Positions 57,434 to 64,000 of a stretch of DNA of 64,000 nucleotides are shown piece by piece. The translations under genes and the position numbers were made by a program. The stretch comes from Candidatus Eremiobacteria bacterium. GTDB taxonomy: Bacteria > Vulcanimicrobiota > Vulcanimicrobiia > Vulcanimicrobiales > Vulcanimicrobiaceae. Within the stretch, counting starts at the first letter, position 1, and every line of letters starts with the position of its first letter. The stretch lies in assembly GCA_963758295.1 (NCBI GenBank), contig CAVWUU010000004.1:416001-480000 (forward strand), written 5' to 3'. The notes under the pieces are model-generated. The model had not been told where the DNA came from, made no database searches, and saw only the letters and a list, made by a program, of their open reading frames with translations.

Positions 57434-58107
57434 CGACTAGGGGTGGGACGCTTGATGAGCACGACGCCGCTCCAAATCGTCCATAAAACGTAGAGCAAGA
57501 GAGCAATTAGAACGATCCCGGCGTTCGGACGCAGCGGTCCATCTTTAAAGAAGATCGAGAGCGTCGAAATTGCCAGCAGGGCAGCCGTCAGGTAGCCGAA
57601 CCAGGAAAAGAAGCGCGGAAAACTGTGGTGACGCAGGGCACTATAGCTTGCGGCGTACGTGTAGATGGCAAGCGGCGCGAACAGGAGCACGCCCGAAAGG
57701 GCGAACGCGTCGTAGAGCACGCGAATCTCTGCGCCTGATAGCTCGGGCGCCCGGTAACCGAGCACGGCTTGAAAGAACGCGTTAAGCAGAGCGAACGCCG
57801 CGGCGATGACCCCCGCGATCATAAAATAGGTGCCGAGGCCCTCGTTTTGGCCGGGCGCGGCCATGAGATGCGTTCGCAGTCCAACGATGTACCACAGGAA
57901 GAACGAAAGACCCGGAAACGAGAGCCAGGCCGCAAACAACAGTGCGCTTTCGTGCTGGGTTACCCAAGCTGCGATGTCGACGGGTGCCGCGTTGATCGGC
58001 GGCGGACTGCCGGGCAGCAAGCCGGCGATGAGCACAACGATGATATACGCGATTGCCGCCCACCCGGCGGAGTGCTCGGCCCGGACGTCACCCTCAGCAG
58101 CGTTCAT
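57430..58107 (-). CDS. Hypothetical membrane protein (~6 TM)
   Basis: Hydrophobic helices; family not confidently assigned. Confidence 0.7.
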   Translation of the reverse strand: MNAAEGDVRAEHSAGWAAIAYIIVVLIAGLLPGSPPPINAAPVDIAAWVTQHESALLFAAWLSFPGLSFFLWYIVGLRTHLMAAPGQNEGLGTYFMIAGVIAAAFALLNAFFQAVLGYRAPELSGAEIRVLYDAFALSGVLLFAPLAIYTYAASYSALRHHSFPRFFSWFGYLTAALLAISTLSIFFKDGPLRPNAGIVLIALLLYVLWTIWSGVVLIKRPTPSR

Positions 58108-58113
58108 ATACTG

Positions 58114-58497
58114 CTACTTTTGTGTGACGCGTGAAAGTTCCGCCGCGATCTCGCCGCTAGTGTAGCCGCGATGTCGCAAACCTTCCACAAAACGAGCGAC
58201 CGCGTCGGCGAGCGCCGTCGTACGCGTCCGGCGATCGGAAGCCGGGACGCGTCGCGCCACGCGGGTTCCGCGGCGCCCTTCGCTTACGAGCCAGCCGTTG
58301 TTTTGCAAATCGGCATACGCACGCGCCACGGTATTAGGCGCCACGCCGAGGTCGCCGGCGAGTTGACGCACCGTGGGTAGCGGTGCATCGGGCGTCAACT
58401 CGCCGCGCTCGATCGCCGCGCGCACCTGCTCGAAGATCTGCACGTACGGCGCCGTTTCGAGATTCGGATCGACCGCAATGAGCGGATCCGGCGTCAT
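58114..58497 (-). CDS. GntR-family regulator, YtrA subfamily
   Basis: PYVQI.EQ, LPTVRQLA.DLGV.PNTVARAY..L, GT.V; short C-terminus. Confidence 0.92.
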   Translation of the reverse strand: MTPDPLIAVDPNLETAPYVQIFEQVRAAIERGELTPDAPLPTVRQLAGDLGVAPNTVARAYADLQNNGWLVSEGRRGTRVARRVPASDRRTRTTALADAVARFVEGLRHRGYTSGEIAAELSRVTQK

Positions 58498-59288
58498 TGC
58501 GTTCGGAGATCCAGCACGGGCCGGCGCCACTCCGGCAAAGCACAGCCGAAAAGGAATGCGCACGACAAGAAATTGCATGCGAGCCAGGTCAACGGCTGCC
58601 AAACGGTGCTCGGCGCAATGCCGTTGGCAGCCAACGAGAAGAGTTCACCCGGCAGCAGGTAGGCTCCATAAAGCATGTACAGCGCGCGGCAGCGCCGGAC
58701 GCATTCGTCAACCGCTGCTTCAAGCGGCAAATCTTCGCCGGTTAGAATTGCCGGCATCGAAGCACTTGCTAGGGCCGCAGCGACGATACCGACAGACGCC
58801 AAGGATACGAGCCACGACGAAACACGCAGCGCCGGAACGGTGGAATAGACGATTGGCGTAAGGCTCGCAAGCGCGGCAAGCGCATACCAAAGGGGCTTGA
58901 TAACGGCTGGTTTGGCAGTCAGGCTCGCGACGCGCAACGTGGGCATGTTGCCGGTTCTCAAATAAGCGAAGCAGAGGGCCGCGGAACTGGCGCACATCGC
59001 TAAACGGAATGCGATGATCGGAACCAGCAGCCGCAATGCAGTGCACAGACTCAAGATGAACATCATGCCGCTCAACACGAGCGCTATTGACGGTGAAAAG
59101 CCCTCAATTTCGCGGCGGCGGTCGAGTACAATTTCGAGCCGCGAGCGGTTCGCCTTATCGCGCAGCTCCTTTGCGAACCAAATCGCCGGGTCGCCGATCC
59201 TGTTTCGAAAGATCAGAAAGACGCCGCCATAGCTCAGGAGGCCGATGGTAACGAGCCAATATCCGAATGTACTGTAAGATCCGCTCAT
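58494..59288 (-). CDS. Hypothetical multi-TM protein (paralog of 59291-60106)
   Basis: LDRRREIEGF, RVASL, MPAILTGED..EAAVDECVR; ATGA overlap with regulator. Confidence 0.7.
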   Translation of the reverse strand: MSGSYSTFGYWLVTIGLLSYGGVFLIFRNRIGDPAIWFAKELRDKANRSRLEIVLDRRREIEGFSPSIALVLSGMMFILSLCTALRLLVPIIAFRLAMCASSAALCFAYLRTGNMPTLRVASLTAKPAVIKPLWYALAALASLTPIVYSTVPALRVSSWLVSLASVGIVAAALASASMPAILTGEDLPLEAAVDECVRRCRALYMLYGAYLLPGELFSLAANGIAPSTVWQPLTWLACNFLSCAFLFGCALPEWRRPVLDLRTQ

Positions 59289-59290
59289 TG

Positions 59291-60106
59291 TTAAACGGTC
59301 GCGTGCCATTGCGTTTTGCGCAGCGACGGAATGGCGCCCAGAAACATAAAAGCGTACCAGCACCCGTATGCGAGGAAGAACGCACCGGACCATGCGTAGG
59401 CAAAGGATTGATAGAAGCTCTGGACCGCGGCGGCCGTCCCCATTCCGAAGAACACGAACGGAACGGTATACGCGTAGATCAACATCGTAGCGACGCGGCC
59501 GCTGCGCAGCCGTTCGTCAACCAAGACTTCCAATTCCGCGTCGTCGCCGGGAAGAATCGATGCCATGCCGGCGATACGAATCGATATCACGACGATCGTA
59601 ATCGACGAGAGCGAAACCAGGATCGCTGCAACGCGAAGACCCGGCAAGCCTATAAATACGAGCGGCAACAACGAGGCGATCGCGGCACATCCGTACCAAA
59701 GACCGTGGACCGCTGAGAGCGCGGATCGCGGTACCAGGCTTGCGGCTCGACGGACGTTGGTGTTTCGCATCCGGAGGAACGCGATGCCAAGCGTAATCGC
59801 GATAATCAAACAGAGATTCGCGTACGAGATCACCGGCAAAATGAGGTGAAAAGCCGTCGCAATACCGAGCACGATCGCCACGCCGCCGATGATCCAATAT
59901 CCGGCGCGCGGAAAGGCTTCGATACGCCGCCGCTTCTCCAAAATCGCTTGAATGCGTAGCCCTACCTCTGCGTCTCTTAAATCGCGTTTGAAAAAACATT
60001 TCGTATCGACCATTTTGTCGGTACGAACCAGCGTCAGGATGCCGAAGCCGATCATAAACGCGCTGATATACCACTGCGCAAACAGGTTTGCAAAATGAGC
60101 GTGCAT
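59291..60106 (-). CDS. Hypothetical multi-TM protein
   Basis: LEKRRRIEAF, RAASL, MASILPGDD..EVLVDERLR. Confidence 0.75.
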   Translation of the reverse strand: MHAHFANLFAQWYISAFMIGFGILTLVRTDKMVDTKCFFKRDLRDAEVGLRIQAILEKRRRIEAFPRAGYWIIGGVAIVLGIATAFHLILPVISYANLCLIIAITLGIAFLRMRNTNVRRAASLVPRSALSAVHGLWYGCAAIASLLPLVFIGLPGLRVAAILVSLSSITIVVISIRIAGMASILPGDDAELEVLVDERLRSGRVATMLIYAYTVPFVFFGMGTAAAVQSFYQSFAYAWSGAFFLAYGCWYAFMFLGAIPSLRKTQWHATV

Positions 60107-60126
60107 GTTGGTCCAGTCTCGGAAGT

Positions 60127-60167
60127 ATTGTATTAGCAGCTTAATACAATTCCCGCTTTTGTGTCAA
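60127..60167 (-). promoter_or_regulatory. Promoter with palindromic operator (probable YtrA/GntR site)
   Basis: ATTGTATTA-6 nt-TAATACAAT (60127-60150) overlapping the -10 region; TTGACA at 60167-60162. Confidence 0.8.
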
Positions 60168-60214
60168 TAGGTTGAGACAAAGTGATTGCGGCCCGGATTC
60201 ACGTGATACGACGG

Positions 60215-60237
60215 CCTTCGACAGGCTCAGGATGACG
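60215..60237 (-). repeat. REP-like copy
   Basis: CCTTCGACAGGCTCAGGATGACG. Confidence 0.85.
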
Positions 60238-60265
60238 GAGGGAAGGCGACGAACGGGCACAGCGG

Positions 60266-61414
60266 ATGAAGGATCGGCTGGGCGTTTTGGACGGGCTGCG
60301 CGGGATCGCGGTGCTGCTCGTACTGTGGTATCACCTTTGGGAAATTTCTTGGCTGCCTGCGCCGTGGCATCAGTATTTTCAATTCATCCCGGAAACGGGC
60401 TTCATCGGCGTCCATCTCTTCTTCTTTCTCAGCGGCTTCGTGATTACGTATCCGTTCTTGCGGGCGCTGGAGCGCGGACAACCGTTGCCGGCGTGGGCGC
60501 ACTTTGCGTGGCGCCGATTCATGAAGATCGTCCCGTCCTACGTGCTTTCGATAATCGTTGCCTACGCCATCGGCTATGCCGCGCTGCAGCGGGCCAATGC
60601 GCTGCCATGGCAAGAACTCATCACGCATTTGCTCTTCATTCACACGTGGTGGTCCGGCACGTACGGCTCTATCAACGGCGTGCTCTGGACACTCGCAGTC
60701 GAAGTCGAATTTTACCTTTGTTTTCCGCTCGTGTGGTGGTGTTTCCGACGGCAGCCGTGGATAACGGCCTTTGCAATGTTCGCCGTCGCTTTCGCGTGGC
60801 GCGCGCTTTTGCAGCAATGTTGCTATGCAACCATTTTTCCGCAATGGGCCGAGAACTTACCCGGATATCTCGATATCTTTGCGAGCGGGATGCTTTCCGC
60901 GTACCTCTTCGTGCGGTTCGGTCATCGCGTGCGCGAGTCTCGCGGGCGTTTCGCCGCTCCGCTCGTTGCCATTGCGGGGATCGTGCTGGCCGCGGCAATG
61001 TTACACAACATGTACGAATTCCGTCACGTCGATCAATGGCAAGTCGTATGGCAGGTGAAATGGCGTGGGCTCTTCGGGATTGCCTTCGGGACGATAACCG
61101 TCGCATCACTATGCGCGCCCCGCTGGTGGGAACTTTTGCTTGCGAATGCCCCGCTGCGTTTTCTCGCCGTCATTTCCTACAATCTCTATCTCTACCACCA
61201 GCTGATCGCGCGGGAACTGCTCCGATTCCACATTCCGGCTTATCGGGGCGATCCACATGCCGACCCGGCCTGGCAGCTGCAGTACACGATCGTGACCGTC
61301 GTCGTTACGATCGCCGAAGCGGCACTCGTAACCTATTTCTTTGAACGGCCGCTCTTGAAAGTTCGCGAACCGCGTCACCTCCAGCGTGCTTTCGGGCACT
61401 CGCAATCTATGTGA
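60266..61414 (+). CDS. Acyltransferase family 3 (OafA/YrhL-like) membrane O-acyltransferase
   Basis: LDGLRGIA, GV.LFF.LSGF, WTLAVEVEFY, ISYNLYLYH, FFERP. Confidence 0.93.
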   Translation: MKDRLGVLDGLRGIAVLLVLWYHLWEISWLPAPWHQYFQFIPETGFIGVHLFFFLSGFVITYPFLRALERGQPLPAWAHFAWRRFMKIVPSYVLSIIVAYAIGYAALQRANALPWQELITHLLFIHTWWSGTYGSINGVLWTLAVEVEFYLCFPLVWWCFRRQPWITAFAMFAVAFAWRALLQQCCYATIFPQWAENLPGYLDIFASGMLSAYLFVRFGHRVRESRGRFAAPLVAIAGIVLAAAMLHNMYEFRHVDQWQVVWQVKWRGLFGIAFGTITVASLCAPRWWELLLANAPLRFLAVISYNLYLYHQLIARELLRFHIPAYRGDPHADPAWQLQYTIVTVVVTIAEAALVTYFFERPLLKVREPRHLQRAFGHSQSM

Positions 61415-61857
61415 AGCAGGGAGAGCGTGCCGAAAGCCTACTTGAAGTCGTAGTAGCCGGCGCCATCGTGGCCGTCACGCTCGGCGCGCTCTTGAGTGGA
61501 ACGTTCGCCGCTGCGCATCGATTCGGTCCGGACCTCGTCCACGAGTCGCTCCGGCGCTACGCCGATCAAGAGTTACACGTTGGCGCCGACCTCCTGAAAT
61601 ACCAAGGCGCGTCGCTCCCGCCGGCAAGCATTGAGACGTCGATTCCGATGCCGGGTTCATCGCCGCTGAACGCGCGCGTAACCCTCGCCGTTTCTCCGTT
61701 GCCGTTCGGAGCGACGGCGATCGCCGTAACCGCACAGAGCGATGACAACTCGCGCGAGAACGTGACCGTGCAGAATGTCATCGAACGCCCTGCGCCGCTT
61801 CCATCTTCGACCGTTCAGTCGGGGCTTTTCGTTCCCGCCCCGGTGGGCGCGCAATAG
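61411..61857 (+). CDS. Pilin/pseudopilin-like protein
   Basis: Short leader then SLLEVVVA hydrophobic helix (degenerate class III signal; Glu in place of the usual Phe). Confidence 0.55.
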   Translation: MKQGERAESLLEVVVAGAIVAVTLGALLSGTFAAAHRFGPDLVHESLRRYADQELHVGADLLKYQGASLPPASIETSIPMPGSSPLNARVTLAVSPLPFGATAIAVTAQSDDNSRENVTVQNVIERPAPLPSSTVQSGLFVPAPVGAQ

Positions 61858-62543
61858 TGCTGCTGCGCGCGATGTTTCTTCTGCTCTTCGTCACGATGTT
61901 GAGCGAGACGCTCGTGCATGGGGCGGCGGCCCTTGCGCGAAGCGCGCTGCACCACCGGGCGCTCGACGCGGCTCGAACGGAACTCGCCTCTGCCGTTTCC
62001 TTCGAGCGAGATGCAATTGCAAATGCCGTGCAACAAGGCCGCAATCCGCAAACGTTGCCCGCGCCTTCGGCTTCGCCGGCCTGCGTATTGAGCGATGCGA
62101 ACGGCTGCCAGCTCTCGGCGCAAACGCAAGTCGCAATGGCGCCCGCCTCGGCGGCCGCGACGCCGGCGGCTTGCCGAGACTCGAATTGCACGATCTATTT
62201 GCAAGGAAACGATAGCGTCACGGAAGGACGCGCCACGGTGAATTTTCACGTCAGCGTCTTCGCGCCCGACGGTACGGCAGTCGCATTGCGTGACTCGACC
62301 ATGGTCTATCGAACTTTTGGGACGCCGCCGTATGCAGCACCGGCCGGTTTGCTCGATGCATCCGTAAGCGGCAACGTAACCTCAGGCGTGGGGGACGACG
62401 GCGGAGCAAGCGGCAACGCCGCTACGCTCGTAAACGTAGAATACGTAAACGCCTTGAACCCGTTCTCAACGCCGGTTCCCGGGAACGTGTGGCGGCCTCG
62501 GATCGAAAATCCCGCGGCCGCCGCAAGCGCTTGGGATTACTGA
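61857..62543 (+). CDS. Hypothetical membrane-anchored protein, possibly minor pilin-like
   Basis: N-terminal hydrophobic helix, two Cys pairs; start overlaps previous stop. Confidence 0.5.
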   Translation: MLLRAMFLLLFVTMLSETLVHGAAALARSALHHRALDAARTELASAVSFERDAIANAVQQGRNPQTLPAPSASPACVLSDANGCQLSAQTQVAMAPASAAATPAACRDSNCTIYLQGNDSVTEGRATVNFHVSVFAPDGTAVALRDSTMVYRTFGTPPYAAPAGLLDASVSGNVTSGVGDDGGASGNAATLVNVEYVNALNPFSTPVPGNVWRPRIENPAAAASAWDY

Positions 62544-62935
62544 ACCGGCGTGAGCTGCGACCCGAAGAACCGCGTCGTTAAATCCGCGATAAACGGCAGG
62601 CGCACTTCTTTCCCTTGGAAGGCGGTAATCCAGGTGTAAAGCCACGCAACGAGGGCTAGGATACCGATCAGCATCGAGACGATCATCATGATCGGAATCA
62701 ACACCCAGAGATGCGCTACGCCAAGGAACATGTCGATGATATCGATAGCTATCCAGGCGACGATCCACGTGCCCCAAAGAGTGATAGATTGCGCGGCGGC
62801 CCACTTCACGAAGTGATTCGTTCCGCCGCCAACGAGCATGATGATCCCGCCGATCAGCCCGAGCAAATACGCTAAGCCGGCCGCAAGATTGGGTTCCAAA
62901 CCAAATGGCGTGTCCTTCGGAGGCTGACTAACCAT
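62537..62935 (-). CDS. DUF4870/Tic20-like membrane protein
   Basis: GLEPNLAAGLAYL, FVKWAAAQS, AFQG...RLPFI. Confidence 0.8.
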   Translation of the reverse strand: MVSQPPKDTPFGLEPNLAAGLAYLLGLIGGIIMLVGGGTNHFVKWAAAQSITLWGTWIVAWIAIDIIDMFLGVAHLWVLIPIMMIVSMLIGILALVAWLYTWITAFQGKEVRLPFIADLTTRFFGSQLTPVQ

Positions 62936-63023
62936 TACAGACCCTTTCGTTGACCTTGGTCACAGTTTTCTGCTTGCCTGCGACGTTCGTCGTGGCCGGG
63001 GTGTGCTACTTCCGTCTTAAGAC

Positions 63024-63809
63024 CTAGTTCGCAAACCGCTCTACCGCCTGAGCCACCTCACCGGGCGCCTCGATCGGCAAATTGTGCCCGGCGTTGCGCA
63101 ATAGCACGAAGAGCGCGCCCGGGATCGCCTCGGCCACATAACGCCTGATGCCCGCCGGCGCTGCTATCGGATCTTTGGCCCCGGCAATCGCTAGCGTCGG
63201 GACGTCGATCGATGAAACGCGGTCCTGAACGTCGATGCCGCGTCCGCGGTCATACCATCCGATCCAGTGCTCGTACTGGGCGACCAAAGCGTCGTCCACC
63301 ATGCGCTCCATCGCCTCGGCTCCCGGCTCACGCGTCATGGCCGCACGTTGAAAGCGCTCGATCCGTTCCCGCGATCCGTACGCTTCGATCGTCATCTGGC
63401 GATGTTTTTCCGGAAATCGCGTTGCCTTCGCGACACCCGGCGCGACAAGAATCAACCGCGAAAGGTTCGGCGGCCGTTCACTCGCGATAAACTGCGCGAG
63501 CTTTCCTCCCATGGAATGCGCGACGACGGTGACCGGACCGTCGATCTGCTCGAGCGCCGCGCGCAAATCCGACGCGTAACCTTCCAAATCGTGGCCGTGC
63601 GCCGGACGATCTGAGAGTCCGCATCCGCGAAAATCCAGGAGATCGAGCGTGTACCTTTCGGGCGATAGCAGTTCTGCAACGCCGTACCACATGCGTCGCG
63701 AGCTGATCCATCCGTGCGCAAAAAGCACGTGATGCGCGCCGTTTCCCCGGCGCTCGACGCACAACTGAATACCGTCGTTTTCGATGAAGCGCCGCACGGG
63801 GTGGTCCAT
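63024..63809 (-). CDS. Alpha/beta hydrolase
   Basis: HGW, DFRGCG.S, AHSMGG, G.KD, AGH. Confidence 0.92.
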   Translation of the reverse strand: MDHPVRRFIENDGIQLCVERRGNGAHHVLFAHGWISSRRMWYGVAELLSPERYTLDLLDFRGCGLSDRPAHGHDLEGYASDLRAALEQIDGPVTVVAHSMGGKLAQFIASERPPNLSRLILVAPGVAKATRFPEKHRQMTIEAYGSRERIERFQRAAMTREPGAEAMERMVDDALVAQYEHWIGWYDRGRGIDVQDRVSSIDVPTLAIAGAKDPIAAPAGIRRYVAEAIPGALFVLLRNAGHNLPIEAPGEVAQAVERFAN

Positions 63810-63894
63810 AGCTCGGCGAAGGTGCGCCGAATCACCCGCGCTTGCCTTCCGCGCAAGAGGCGCAGCGCGCTGCCGATAAGAAAGGCGAGCTGCA

Positions 63895-64000
63895 ATGGGT
63901 AAACGTGCATGGTACTTGCTGCTCGTGTTGCCGTTTATAGGTACGCTCGTGCCGCAGATTTATAACCGGCCCGAGCCGCCGCTTTTCGGCCTGCCGTTCT
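63895..64000 (+). CDS. DUF3311-like small membrane protein (partial, runs off window)
   Basis: MGKRAWYLLLVLPFIGTLVPQIYNRPEPPLFGLPF. Confidence 0.7.
   Translation, partial: MGKRAWYLLLVLPFIGTLVPQIYNRPEPPLFGLPF

Overview
GC-rich bacterial chromosome segment made mostly of core genes. The organism is most likely Eremiobacterota/Vulcanimicrobiota (WPS-2), an inference from gene content and the look of the 16S that was not checked by search. From left to right the window holds: pckA, yjbQ, a PPi-type phosphofructokinase and two paralogous PQQ/sorbosone-dehydrogenase-like lipoproteins; a complete minus-strand rRNA operon (16S-23S-5S, no spacer tRNAs) whose 23S carries a ~140-nt insertion at the helix-54a site; pruA, an rlmI-like gene and trpDCFBA; and the str-S10-spc-alpha ribosomal cluster. 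That cluster is broken twice (rpsJ|rplC and rpsM|rpsK) by ~7-kb blocks of unrelated genes, and each downstream piece has its own sigma70-type promoter and structured leader. rpmD and infA are absent from their usual slots. The main unexplained signals are: (i) a REP-like repeat family (GTCATCCTGAGCTTGTCGAAGG) with ~15 copies concentrated in ribosomal/rRNA operons, including one copy in-frame inside rpsQ and three just before ribosome-binding regions; (ii) an rpsK leader with mutually exclusive pairings over the Shine-Dalgarno; (iii) the 23S expansion. Single-base insertions in rpsK, fusA (twice) and a methyltransferase look like sequencing errors. No CRISPR array, tRNA, transposase or phage gene was seen.
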